The position numbers and the translations under genes were made by a program. Positions 1 to 12,564 of a stretch of DNA of 64,000 bases are shown piece by piece. Positions within the stretch are counted from its first letter, which is position 1; every line of letters starts with the position of its first letter. Under the pieces are notes generated by a model that saw nothing but the letters and a program-made list of their open reading frames with translations, had not been told where the DNA came from and did not search any database. Source of the DNA: Azolla caroliniana (taxonomy: Eukaryota; Plantae; Polypodiophyta); contig JBHGNT010000012.1 in NCBI GenBank assembly GCA_043228905.1, forward strand, positions 19,654,001 to 19,718,000. Reading direction: 5' to 3'.

Positions 1-3000
1 GGTAGTTCCGGTCCGCAAGATCGGATGAAGCAAGCCGGTTACCGACTGGGCACCGAGATAGAAAGCTCCTCGAAGAACAAATCCTCGACAACAAGGTGGA
101 GATGTCGTTGAGGGAGGTGCTTGGAATTTCAAAGAAGGAGTTCCACGATTCCATCGTGGACTTGGTGAAGCGGAAACGGTTCTCGATAGAGCTGGAACCG
201 GAGAAACCCGTGGAGGTGCGAACAACGTACCCGGAAGACATGGCCCTGGAAGACGAGTTGGCGGAAAGCCACTCTTCGAGGTTGCACTTGGCTAGAGCCA
301 CTATGGAGACCCCCATTCGGATCGGGGACGTCCAAGAGTCGGTGGTGGCGTTGATAGACCACGGTTCTGAGATCAACCTGATGTCTATGGACTTCTATAA
401 GAAGGGAAAGTGGCTGATCAACACCAAGCACGGGTGGAAGATACGCACAGTGACGCGCACCACGGAGGAGCTGCGCGGGGCTTGCCCGAATGTACGTGTG
501 AAAATCGGCGATGTCGAGATTGACCAACACTTCTTCATGCAAGAGACATCCTCGCACCCGGTGATACTAGGCGAACCGTATATTACGGCGGCATGCATGG
601 AGACAAAGGTGTTGGATAACGGTTCGGCATACGCACGCATGAAGAACCAAGATGGGCGACACTCCATCCAATTTCTGACAGTGCAACCGAACCATGAGCG
701 TAACCGCGAGACCCTCGGCGCCGATAGCCGAGGGGATTTTTAGAGAGGGCTATCAAGGCATGGGGCCGCGATAGTCAGGACACCCCGGAGGAACACCACG
801 CGTGTACCATAGGTAGGACATTTTGGTTCTCCGACAACGGAGGTTGTACGATAACCGGCATTAGCGGCCGGGAAAGGAAGCGGGCAGAGGAACCTCTCAG
901 GGCGTACGGTGTCCTTGGCCCCGACGAGGAGATAGGCAGCTTCGTGGAGGCAATCTCTTTCGATGACACCTTGGGAGAATTAAGGAAGGCACTAGAAGAA
1001 GGCCTCAGTGAAGACCGGACAATTCCGGTTTGTTCGGAAAGGATGTACGAATCCATTGTTGATTTCAAGAAAAGGGTCTAGTTGGATCAGACGGCCCGAG
1101 TGGATACGAAGTACAAGATTGGACCGGAAGGTGAGGCCAATCACGGCTCCCTTACCGGAGGGCAGCGAGGAACAGATGAAAGGGGTCGTGTCGGACCCAA
1201 GTTTGCGGAATCTAGCCGGCATAGGACACCGGTTCACTAACAAAACGTTACGGGAGCTCAAGGTCGGTGGGGGTGGCTTTCTACTGCCGGTGGAGGAGGA
1301 CCGGTTTCGGAGGATGCTCAGGAGGCACGGGAAGGCCTTCACATTCTCACCAAAGGAGATCAGGTGCGTAGACCCGATGATCGTTGAGCCAATGGTTATC
1401 TTCATGGTACTGCATGTGTCGTGAAATCTCAAGCCGATTCCAGTACCTAGAGCTCACATCCCGAAGTTGATGGAGCTGTTGAAGCAGAAGGTGGAGATGG
1501 GCATCCTCGAGCCGTCGAGCGCCCCATATTCGAATTGGTGGTTTACCGTGCCAAAGAAGAACGGCATGTTGCGTTTTATTCAGGCCATGCAGCCAGTCAA
1601 CAAGGTGACCATTCGGAATGCAGGAATCGGGCTGACCATTGATGAGTTCGCGGAAGCCTTCGCCGAAAGGTCAATTTATTCAGTCGGGGATCTGTACTCA
1701 AGGTAAGACCGATTCCAACTAGCCATAGAGAGCAGGGACATTACGACGATGCGGACCCCTCTCGGCCTAGTGCAGATGTGTACCCTACCGCAAGGAGGAA
1801 CCAACTCGGTGGCGCACATGGTGCAAATGTGTACCCTTTCCTCGGTTGTTGAAAAAAGGGCGCAAGTTTGAGTGGAGCGGGGAACATACGGTCGGTCTAG
1901 AGATTGAAAGAAGCGCTTACCGCGGCACCGACATTCCGAAAAGCGGTTTACGGTAAGGAGGCCCCGATTTACGTGACCGTAGATATGAGGTCAACTGGGA
2001 TAGGATGGGTGGTTAACCAAGAGTACAAAAACAGCATGAGGTTCCCCATCTGGTTCGGAGCAAAGGTACTTAGTGAACGACAGAGAGGATACGCCCAAGT
2101 TAAACGCGAACTCTGGGGTATCATTTCGGCGGTCAAGGCCGACAAAGACTACTTGATCGGGGCAGAGGTGATAATTGAGATGGACCGCCTACCAATCCTC
2201 GGTATGGTTTCCGGATGCGCGACACTAGGCCTGGCGATGCTCAGGTGGATAGCGTACATTAAGTCCCTGAATCTGGAGATACGGCACATCTCCGGGAAGG
2301 ACAACGCCATGGCCGACATGTTTTCGAGGGCGCGGTTTGATGATGAAGACGGCATGGTTTCGAAGGACGAGGAAGTCGATGTGGACTTCTTGAAGTCGGC
2401 TTATGTGACGACGAGGGAAGGGAGCACCCCGATGCTCAATGAGTTTGACGAGGGCGAGTACAACGGGGAGTGGCTCCAGATCGGTGGGTTCCTAAAGACA
2501 ATGACGTCGAACGCGGCGTGGACGAGAGAAGAGGCGGACCAGATCCAAAAGAAAGCGTACCGGTTCTTCCTACAGCATGGAAGCATATGGAAACACCCGA
2601 AGAAGCAAGGCGGCATCCCACTCCGGTAGTGGCGAAGAAGGAAGAGAAGGAGGCGTTGCTAACGGCATATCACGAGAGTCCCTAGGCCGGACATCACGGG
2701 ACGTGGGCCACATTCAAAAAGCTGAAGGAGAAGTATTGGTGGCCGGGATTGTACCGGGACATTCATCAGTTCGTAACGACTTGTGAGAGCTGCCAGATGC
2801 ATTCCGTGGTCCGACATCGGGACGAGCTACACCTGACTTACCTGCCAACCGTCCACTTCAAGTGGATGGTGGACTTGGTGCTGGCAAGAGAGGATTTGAT
2901 GAACCACGTGGAGGGTCAGGCATTGCCGAACAAGACGATTGCAGTCGTGTGCCGGTTCCTAATTGAGGAAGTGGTGTGCCAGTACGGGTGCATGGGAAAG

Positions 3001-3145
3001 ATCGTGACTGACCGGGGGGAGTTGGATGCGCAGGAAGCCGACAAGCTATTCAGTCGGCTAGGGGTTAAGCTTTCCCTCACTACAACGTACAATCCGGAGG
3101 CAAACGGGAAGGTAGAGTGCGGGCACGGGCCGATTGTGAAGGCGA
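1..3145 (+). mobile_element. Decayed Ty3/gypsy LTR retrotransposon pol (PR-RT-RH-INT), truncated on the right
   Basis: ORF 96-743 has a retropepsin motif (ALIDHGSEINLM). ORF 1467-1706 has the RT N-terminus (PSSAPYSN-WFTVPKKNG-LRFIQ). ORF 1904-2629 has RNase H (YAQVKREL, HISGKDNAMAD). 2650-3145 has the integrase zinc finger and core (YWWPGLY, CESCQ, TDRGE, YNPEANGKVE). Order PR-RT-RH-INT is gypsy. Multiple stops and frameshifts; the RT core is deleted. Confidence 0.93.
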
Positions 3146-3680
3146 TGTTCACTTCGGCTGGTATCTGGTTCGAACGATCTCAAGTGTTCGCTTCGGCTTG
3201 TACCCGGTTCAGACGGTATCTGGTTCTCAACACGCCCCCTCACGCTCAACTCGGGTTGGTTTCTTTCGGTTGATGTTCGCTTCGGCTGGTATCCGGTTCG
3301 AACAATCTCCAGTGTCCGCTTTGGCTTGTACCTGGTTCATACGGTATCCGGTTCTCAACACGCCCCCTCAAGCTCAACTCGGGTTGGTTTCTTTTGGTTG
3401 ATGTTCGCTTTGGCTGGTATCCGATTCAAACGATCTCTAGTGTCTGCTTCGGCTTGTAACTGGTTCAGACAGTATCTGGTTCTCACTTGTACTCCCCCTC
3501 AAGTTTGGCAAGTCAGGGATTGTTAATCCAAGGTATGTTGAGCTTGATTCTCAACACACCCCCTCAAGCTCAACTCGGGTTGGTTTCTTTCGGTTGATGT
3601 TCGCTTCGGCTGGTATCCAGTTCGAATGATCTCCAATGTTCACTTCGGCTTGTAAACAGTTCAGACGGTATCTGGTTCTC
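3145..3680 (-). repeat. Tandem reiteration (~129 bp unit, ~4 copies) of a copia 3' UTR/PPT/LTR edge
   Basis: Unit tgttcgcttcggctggtatc...tctcaacacgccccctcaagctcaactcggg recurs at ~3145, 3273, 3402 and 3597. Confidence 0.85.
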
Positions 3681-6600
3681 GCTTGTACTCCCCCTCAAGC
3701 TTGGCAAGTCAGGGATTGCCAATCCAAGGTCTGACATGAATTGTCGAAACTTGTCGGCTCCTAGGGCTTTGGTGAAGATGTCGGTCGTTTGAAGATTTGT
3801 GTTGATGTGTTGAAGGTCGACATCTCCGGTGTGAACACGCTCTCGAATGAAGTGATAGTGGACTTTGATATGCTTTGTGTGTGTGTGGAACACCGAGTTC
3901 GGAGCCAGATAAATATTGCTCATGTTTTCACACTAGAGGGGAGTCAGATCCTTGATGGGAACGCCCAGATTCTTCAAAATCCTCTTGAGCCATACGGCTT
4001 CACATATAGCTACGGTTGCACCCCTGTATTTGGCCTCCGTACTTGAAAGAGTGACGGTCGGCTGCTTTTTGCTACTCCACGAAATCGCTCCGCTACCAAG
4101 GGAGAAGACAAAACCAGAGGTTGATCGTCGATCGGCTTTCAGGCCGGCCCAGTCGGCATCTGTGTACCATTCGAGTCGAATTGGTGTCACTGATTTGTAG
4201 AGAATGTCGTAATCCATTGTGCCGCTCACGTATCGTAATACTCGCTTAGCGCAATCAAAATGGATATCTTGCAGAGTATGCATAAAATTGGCTAAGGAGT
4301 CCGACTGGATAGTCGAGTGATCGTGAGATAGATGAGGCTCCCGATCAGTTGACGATATTGAGTCAGCTCGCACTCGTCTGTGCCGGAATCGACATCTATT
4401 TTGAGGTTTCAATCGAGAAGGGTTGCCACAGATTTGCACTCAGCCATCCCAAACTTGTATAACAAGTTGAGGATGTAGTGGCGTTAAGAAATCATAATGC
4501 CGGTCAGAATTCGAATTACTTCGATTCCAAGGAAGTAATGGAGCTCCTTCATGTCCATCATCTCAAATTTGCTAGAGAGAAGGGACTTGACCTTGTTGAT
4601 GTCGACTAGACTTTCATCTCCAATGACCAGATCATCTACATATAAGATTATGACAAACGGGCTTCCTGAGTCGTTTCATATGTAGAGGGAGTTGTCGGAT
4701 TTCAACATTTGAAAGCTGATTTGATGAAGAGATTGCGTTATCTTCGAATGCCAAGCACGTAGTGCTTGTTTAAGGCCATAAAGAGGCTTCTTGAGTTGGC
4801 AGACGGCTTTCAGATGAATGTTGGATTCGAAGCCGCGTGGTTGTACCATGTACACCTCCTCTTCTAATTCGCCTTGAAGAAAGTTGTTCTTGACGTCCAT
4901 CTGGTGGAGATGCCACCCTTTCGCTGATGTGAGTGCGATCACGGTTCGCACAGTCCTCATCTTTCCCACCAGGGCAAATGTCTCTTCGTAGTCGACTCCA
5001 TGTGTCTGTGCGTATCCTTTCGCTATGAGTCGAGCTTTGCAGCAATTTACGGAGCCGTCGGCATTATACTTCACCTTGTAAATCCATCTGCAGCTGATTG
5101 CCTTCTTGTGCGGTGACTAGGGAACAAGATCCCATGTCTCATTTTTGGAGAGTGCTTGCATCTCCTCATTCATCGATTCAACCCATCTAGGGTCCTTTGC
5201 GGCTTTGGAAAACGTTTTCGGCTCTCGTACAGTTGCGACCTTCATCATAAAAGCGTAAATATACTCATCGTAGCCGAATCGGCTTACTAGGTTCTTTTCT
5301 CAGGTGGATTGGCGGAGCTTCTTGTTTGTGGATACTAAGGCTTTCTTCACTCCATTTGTCCGGATGTTGAGGCCTTCGAACTAACTATCGAGGGAGTGAG
5401 TCAATTCGTTGCCGTCAAAGTGATCGTCTTCATATTCCGGTATTTTCGCCTTGTCTTTGTCCATCTTCGGACTACACCGAGATGTGTTTTGGTCGCACGG
5501 GAGCTCTTGTGGCCCACTAAGCCTTGTCGTAATCGGACTTTCTTCGAACATGTGTTCGAGTCAATCTCCATCTTCTATCTCTTGTTCGGCGGATTCAGGC
5601 CATGCGAGATCAAACTTGAAGTTGTCTCTAGTGCATACTAGGATGCTGACTCATCGAAAACGACGTACCCCTTTTGCTCCAGTGAGTATCCTACGAGGAT
5701 ACATTTCTCAGACTTCGGGTCGAGCATTTGTCACTTCTCATCGGGGATGTGCACGTATGCAATGGAGCCGAATATCCGAACATGTGATAGATCCAGCTTC
5801 TTTCCGAAAAACTTCTCATGCGGGGTAACCTCATGCACTCCAGATCTCGTGCACTGATTTGTGAGGTACACGGCAGTATCCACTACTTCGGCCCAATATG
5901 ACTTCAGCAGATACTTTTCGTTCATCATGGCCCGTGCTACTTCGAGGATGTGCAGATTCTTTCGTTCAGCTACTCTGTTCAATTGTGGAGTGTGTCGACA
6001 TGAAAACTCTCGCCGAATTCCTTCTTTCCTTAGAAAAGCCGAAAATTCGTCAGAGAAGTACTCTTTTCCTCCATCCGACCGAAGACATCGTACATGTTGG
6101 CCCGTGGCTTTCTCGACTTCATTCTTAAATTTTTGGAAGTGTCTGAACAGTTCACTCTTTTACCGCATGGGGTAGATCCATATGTGTCTGGAGAATTCTT
6201 CAATGAAGGCCATGTAGTATCAACATCCACCGAATGTAGTTGTTTGAGTTGGTCCCGACTCCCCATACATTAGAATGAATTACGTCGGGTACACCTTTGA
6301 TCACGTTTCTCTCCTTCGGGAACGGGTGTCGATGTTGTTTGCCGAATTGGCAAGCTACACATACGCCTTCAATCTCTTTCTCTTTGAAGGTCGGGAGTCC
6401 GATGATGACTCCTTTCGATTGCATTGCCTTGAGTTTTTGGAGGTTGTTGTGGCCAATCCACTTGTGCCACAACTCTATGTCGGTGTTGGGTTTGGTACCT
6501 TTTGCAAACATGGCCGATTTCATCTCGTGCGAGTCAAGAATGAACATTCGGCCCTCTCTTCGTCCACAAGTGATGAGTCGACCCTCTATTTCGATGACGC

Positions 6601-8011
6601 AACCGCCTTGGTTGAATCGAACTTGCATCCCTTGCTCAAAAATTTGGCCAACATAGACCAAATTCTTCGTAATGGTAGGTACATGCAAGACATTCTTAAT
6701 GTAAGTTTGGCCACCTTCTTTGCTGAATGGAACATTGCCGATGTGCCAAATCGGATGAGTAGTGTCATCTCTGGTTTCGACATAGTCAGATCAATCCAGC
6801 TCTCGAAGTTCTCCGAACCATTCTTGATGAGACGTCATATGGTTCGAGGCACCGGAGTCAACGAACCATATGTCTTCCGAACTACATGCACTATTTGAAG
6901 TAGAAGCCGACATAGAATTTGCTCTATGTCTCATCAGGAACATTCTGCCATTATCATCATAGTCAGAGTTGGTTGCGTAATTGGTGAGTTGTCGACTAGT
7001 GGAAGCTGACTCGCACATCTTCTTTCAGCACTCTTCTTCGTGGTGACCAACTTTGTTGCAATATCCGCATTCGATCGAGGTTTGTCGGCTCAGGCCGGAA
7101 TCGAAGCTCCCCCTTCATCCGAAGGTTCCTTGATGTCTTCTGTCTTGTTGCCGAAATTGGGAGTTGTTTTCATGAGTCGAACCTCATCCGCCTCGTCCTT
7201 GGCCGAATCGGCCTCTTGCCCGGCCGCATCCTCTTCCTCCATTCGAATGTGTGTAGAGCATGTGGCCTTCCAAGTCATTGCTCCTTATTTGAACATGGTT
7301 TTCTTCGACCAACAACATGGATTGAAGATCAAAGAATGAGGGTGGATTCTCTCATGCTAGTACGGCGGTCCTCATCATACCGAACCGTGGTGCAAGGCCA
7401 TTGAGGCATATTTACACCATCTCATCATCGTCCACATGGACACTTATTGAGCCGAGTGAGTCATAAAGCTCCGTGATCTTCAAGGTGTAGCTTATGACGG
7501 ACATATCCCTTTGTTGGATGTTGTTCAACTCTTGGTGTAGTTGAAGCTTTCTCGCAGTTGTGTTGGCGGCGAAAATCTTTCGTAGATTCTCCCACACTTC
7601 CTTCAGCGTCTCAACTTCTCGAATGTAGCCAAGCATGTGGTCATGAACACATGTCGCCAAGCAATACATTACTCAACTCGCCACTTGCTCCCATGTTGAG
7701 TAGTCGGCATCCTTCGGGTCGGGTCGATTTTCTTGTGCTCCTTTGATGTAGCTCCAATATCCTTGACTGACATGGTATTGGTGCATCTTGTACTCCCAAG
7801 ATGCAAAATTGTTTCGGTCCAACTTCTCGCTAGGGAGAGCGCACCCCATTTGAGTATTCATTGTCGATGAAGCTTTCTTTCTTCTTTTCCTTCCCTCTTG
7901 AACAAGAGCTATGTAGTCGCACTACGATAGCGATGAACCGGTTCCTCTCGAACGTCGGCGTAGAACACAACACACACGAATGGGCTAGATCGAGCTACCA
8001 AACCGCTCTGA
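3532..8011 (-). mobile_element. Decayed Ty1/copia retrotransposon (family A, copy 1), internal region
   Basis: Minus-strand fragments: gag (MNTQMG..EKLDRNNFASW), protease (WFVDSGASNHMT), integrase (WHKWIGH, C-AC-FGKQ), RT (WHLHQMDVKNNFLQGEL) and RNase H (YTDADWAG, TKHIKVHYHFIRERV). Partial tRNA-Met PBS (gctctga) at 8005-8011. Confidence 0.95.
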
Positions 8012-8260
8012 TGTTAGGAATATGTCCTTCCAGTGGGAGGAGCCGACTGCTCGGAGAGAGCCAACAGTCGAAGACAGGGAGCAGTCGACTGATCGAATGA
8101 GAGCCAACGGTTGAGTCGACTTAGAGAGAGTTGATCGAGGTTACCTCTTCCATGGACTTGAGTAGACCGATTTTATAATCAATCAGGCGTAGATGCAATT
8201 CATTATCCGAACTACTATTCAGTATTTCTAGCGCCCTCTTTGATGCAATTCGAGATTCTC
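8012..8260. mobile_element. LTR fragment of another family interrupting the copia PBS
   Basis: Starts TGTTAGGAATATGTCC, as does the mini-element at 11402. It abuts the truncated PBS. Right end uncertain. Confidence 0.6.
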
Positions 8261-8324
8261 AAGAGTTTTCAAAGGCACATTATGAAAACTTAACAAAAAG
8301 ACCTCTCGTCAAATCAAATATTGT

Positions 8325-8393
8325 GGGGGCATTCCGAGAATTGAACTCAGGACCTCCCGCCTAAGCGAGAATCATTCCACTAGACGAAATGCC
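8325..8393 (-). pseudogene. tRNA-Pro pseudogene (array copy 1)
   Basis: Reverse complement matches plant cytosolic tRNA-Pro (GGGCATTTGGTCTAGTGGTATGATTCTCGCTTAGGGTGCGAGAGGTCCCGAGTTCAATTCTCGGAATGCCCC) with an anticodon-arm deletion and substitutions. Confidence 0.85.
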
Positions 8394-8452
8394 ATTATGA
8401 ATTTAAAAACAAGTACATGCACATTATGACAACTCATCGAAGCTAATATTGT

Positions 8453-8526
8453 GGGGGCCTTCAAAGAATTGAACATTAAGACCTCTTGTGCCCTAAGGAA
8501 GAATCATGCCCCTAGACCAAATGCCC
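8453..8526 (-). pseudogene. tRNA-Pro(AGG) pseudogene (array copy 2)
   Basis: gggggccttcaaagaattgaac...ccctaag...ctagaccaaatgccc is a diverged tRNA-Pro reverse complement. Confidence 0.8.
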
Positions 8527-8551
8527 TTGTGAGTTTTCAAAATCACATTCT

Positions 8552-8914
8552 AACTCGGGGCCTCTCGCACTCTAAGCGAGAATCATGCTACTAGACCAAA
8601 TGCCCTTGTGAATTTAAAAAGAAGCTTTAGAAGATATGGTTGTTTGTCAAGCTAGTATTGTGGGGCCATTCCGAGAATTGAACTCGGGACCTCACCCAAG
8701 AATCATGCTACTAGAACAAATGAGCTTTTGAATGTCAAGTTTTGTAGCCGCAATTACATAACGGAACCTCTTGCACCGGAAGCGAGAATAATTACACTAG
8801 ACCAAATCCTTGTGACAAGTTTTATCAAATCACATTCAAGTAACCTCTCATCCGAGTAAGTAAAACGGGGGCATTCCACCCTAAGCAAGAATCATGTCAC
8901 TAGACCAAATGCCC
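8552..8914 (-). pseudogene. Four further partial or degenerate tRNA-Pro copies (~8552-8605, 8660-8724, 8765-8806, 8867-8914)
   Basis: Recurrent aagcgagaatcatgctactagaccaaatgccc and ggggcattccgagaattgaactcggg motifs separated by related spacers. Confidence 0.75.
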
Positions 8915-9580
8915 TTGTCAATTTTGACACGTGTAGGTAAAATATATTACAAATATATTTGACAACGAGCTTATTGATGTGGCCTTGAGGAAGTTGATTT
9001 TTCTATTTTTTATTATGATGAGTGATTATGGTGTGGGAACAGAAGCAGATTTTCATGACTAAGTGAGAAATTGTTTTTTTTTAACTCGTTTGTTGTGTTG
9101 TCCATACAAGATTTCGTTGATAATCAGCAACATTGACAGATGGTTGATGTTGATTGAATGAAGCGGGTTTTATTTTTCATTACGATGATTGATGATGGCG
9201 GTGGGGATTGAAGCATGTTTCCATGAAGAGAGGATAAGTGAAGATGGTGTGATGGCCGAAGCATATCATGAGGAGATGTGGAAATTGTTTGCACTTAATT
9301 TGTTGTTGTTTTTCACAAGCCATTGTTGGTAATCGATGAGATGTTTGATGCGTACTGAATGAAGTAGTTTTTTTCTTTTGAGATAATGATGAGTGGGAAG
9401 CATATTTTTCTTGAGGAGCCGTTGTTTGACGTAGTTGATTGTCTGTTTTTCATTACGATGAGTGATGGGGGTGTGGAAATTGAAGCATATTTTCATGAGA
9501 TGAGTGTTGATGGTGTGGGAGCTGAAGCAGATGATGAGATTATAATATCATTTTGTTCTCATAGGTACATCTTTTGGGAG

Positions 9581-9616
<36 letters not shown>

Positions 9617-9774
9617 TGTTGTTCAATAGGATGATTATTGATGACGGTAGAGATTGAAGCATATTGCTATGATGAGAGGATGAGTGATGATGGCGTGGAG
9701 GCCGAAGCAATTCATGAGGAGAGGAGGAAATATTCTAGCCTCATTTTGTTTGTTATTTGTACAGGAATTGGGTG

Positions 9775-10255
9775 GTAATCGGCGAGATGGCTGATGTGGA
9801 TTGAATGAAGAATTTTTTCTGTGATAAGCATGAGTGAATATGGTGGAGGGGTCGAAGCCGACTATCATAAGTGGGTGAGGAAACTTTTAGACTAATTTTT
9901 GTTGTTAATACAGGATTTTCATGAACACTGGCAACATGCTAATCGGCGAGATGGTTGATGTGGACTGAATGAAGAATTTTTTTCTGTGATAAGGATGAGT
10001 GAAGATGGTGGGGGGGTCGAAGCCGACTATCATGAGTGGGTGAGGAAACTTTTAGACTAATTTTTTTTTGTTAATACAGGATTTTAGTGGACATTGGCAA
10101 CATGCTAATCGGCGAGATGGCTGATGTGGACTGAATGAGGAAATTTTTTCTGTGATAAGGATGAGTGAAGATGGTGGGAGGGTTGAAGCCAACTATCATG
10201 AGTGGGTGAGGAAACTTTTAGACTAATTTTTTGTTGTTAATATAGGATTTTCATT
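9775..10255. repeat. Tandem repeat, ~163 bp x3 (more diverged copies at ~8970-9770)
   Basis: aatcggcgagatggctgatgtgga...gaagccgactatcat...gaggaaacttttagactaatt is repeated three times. Confidence 0.85.
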
Positions 10256-10880
10256 GACATTACCAAGATGCCAAGATGGTATACAAGGAGTTTGACAGAT
10301 CATCCCTAGATGAATGTATGTTGGTGCTATTGGAACATGTCATGGTCGTAAATGGAACTATTGATTTACATGTTAAGGCATCAAATGGACTTCTATCATG
10401 AACTGTAGTGGAAGCAGTTGGTCATATTGGTCTACGGGGTTGTTTACCTCTTTTTCTTATGGTGATGAACAGTATATAGGTGTAGAAACAGTATTCTCTA
10501 GGCATATCTACCATGGTGGCCCTGAAAACATACTTTTGGAAGCAGCGCTAAATGCGATATTTACATTGAGCAGCACTACGGTGGAGGTGTTGTTTTCTCT
10601 AGTTGAAGCTATTTGTTTTAGATGGGGTTCAATAGTTCAATAGTTTTCTACTTAATTATGTTGAATTTTTCTTTGTAATACTGAACTTTTTTGTATATTG
10701 CCTTTGGCCACTTTATGTTAATACCAATGGAGGATATTTTTTATGGAAAAATATATATATATATATTACAAATATTCTAACAATTGAACTCAAAAACCTC
10801 GCATCAAAGTTGGTAAAATCACTAAACTATGCACATTATGAAAATTGAACTCGAAGTCCTCTCGTCGAATTTACTAACAT

Positions 10881-10951
10881 GGGGGTATTCTAGGAATTGC
10901 ACTCATGACCTCTCACACCCAAAGCATGAATATGCCATTAGACCAAATGTC
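10881..10951 (-). pseudogene. tRNA-Pro(TGG-like) pseudogene in the distal half of the array (spacer repeats continue to ~11250)
   Basis: gggggtattctaggaattgcactcatgacctctcacacccaaagc...tagaccaaatg, plus spacer repeats cacattatgaaaattgaactcaaagacctctc. Confidence 0.7.
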
Positions 10952-11401
10952 GTTGTCAAGTTTTATGTGCAAATTCAGATAATTGAAGCAAAAAACTTAC
11001 GTTGGCGTTAAAGTGCTTGGTTAAATTATTAAACTAGGCACATTTTGACAACTGAACTCAAAAATTTCTTGTCGAAGTTAGTAAAGTTATTAAACTATGC
11101 ACATTTTGAAAATTGAACTCAAAGACCTCTCATTAAAGTAAGTAAAGTGGTGTCATTCTGAGAATTGAAGTTTTAGAACTAGAAGATATGGATCCTTGTC
11201 AAGAGTTTTTAAGGGCACATTATGAAAACTAAACTAAAAGTCCTCTCCTAGGCTATCCAAAGTTCTATCTCCTTTTCTACCTCTTTCAAGTCTAATAGGT
11301 TTTCAAATTGGTCACGTACTAGTGCGATAACATCCATTCCCCTTGCTATGGTGCTTGGATGTGCTAACCGAGTCCAATTGGCTAGCATGATGACTTCATT
11401 T

Positions 11402-11487
11402 TGTTAGGAATATGTCCCTCCAATGGGAGGAGTTGACTGCTCGAAGAAGATTCGTTTTCTAGTGGATTGAAGATTCGTTTCTCAACA
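11402..11487. mobile_element. 86-bp miniature TG..CA element (internally deleted solo LTR) with 5-bp TSD
   Basis: TGTTAG...CTCAACA is flanked by CATTT on both sides. Its 5' part is near-identical to 8012 onward. Confidence 0.75.
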
Positions 11488-12506
11488 CATTTAGGTCTAA
11501 ATCTTTTTCACTAATGGATATTGATTGTTTGGGGTTCTTTTTAGTCATTAAGGTGGGTTTATATTTAAAAAGGTCCCTTTAAGGTGTTTTTGTGTTCTTT
11601 CGTTCGTTTGAAAAAATATATATTCTTGTCTAAAAGTTTCAATTTTCTCCATGAAATTATTTCTCGTTCGAAAATCCTATTCTTAGAGAAAAGTGATTTT
11701 TTCATACAAAAAATTTCCAATTTTGATTGAGAAATGATTTACCATCCGAATTTTTTGAATTCCAATCCAAAACAAATTTCTCTTTTGAAATGATGATTTC
11801 TAGTTCAAGATGAGTTCTCGTCCAAATTTTACTTTTTTCATAATATTACAAAATCTTTGAATTTCTTATGCCTCTTATATTACCTTTTGCCTTTATAGTG
11901 GGAGAGAAAAGTATCAACATATATTACGTGAAACATTTTAGGTAGTAATCACCTACTTATGGGATATGAGGTGTGGTTATGGAAAAATAAAAGTTAAAAT
12001 TTTGATTATAGAAAACAAATAGTACACTAAAAACCAAAACAAGCATTGAGATATTTAAACTTCTTGATTTAGCCTTTTATTCATCTTGTTGGGGCATCCT
12101 CAATGTCCTCCTTCTATATGGGTTCTCTCACCTATGGTTTTCCTTGGGATCTTACGAAAAGCCCACCAATAGCCTCACTTAGGTCATGTGTCAAGCCTAG
12201 ATCACCGTTTACCTTTTCATTTGTGAAACAAGCAAGACCGGACATCAAGAACTCTTGAGCTACTAAAACTTGTACATTATGACCTAAGAGAACTCTTCCA
12301 CTCCTCTCATGTATAAATTATTTTTGAAACCAAGAACCTAATTAATAACACGATTTGGTTTCCTCTTCCACTTTCCAGAGTAATGTGGCCACAAGGCTTT
12401 AGATTCCCTAGCTTTTCCTCATGTGCCTTATTCTCTTGCACCTAAGCTTTCATCCTTAGCACCAATGTCAAATCATTGTTGGACCATGAATTAGTGTCAC
12501 TATGTG

Positions 12507-12509
<3 letters not shown>

Positions 12510-12561
<52 letters not shown>
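12510..12561. repeat. (GT)n microsatellite
   Basis: Seen directly in the sequence. Confidence 0.95.

Positions 12562-12564
<3 letters not shown>

Noticed and set aside
3145-3680. CRISPR-like regularly spaced repeats (also 23340-24160, 38077-38580, 58280-58510)
   Set aside because: Whole units repeat with no unique spacers, there are no cas genes, and the context is eukaryotic.
8325-8914. Functional tRNA-Pro genes
   Set aside because: Every copy has stem mismatches or deletions. Called pseudogenes pending tRNAscan-SE.
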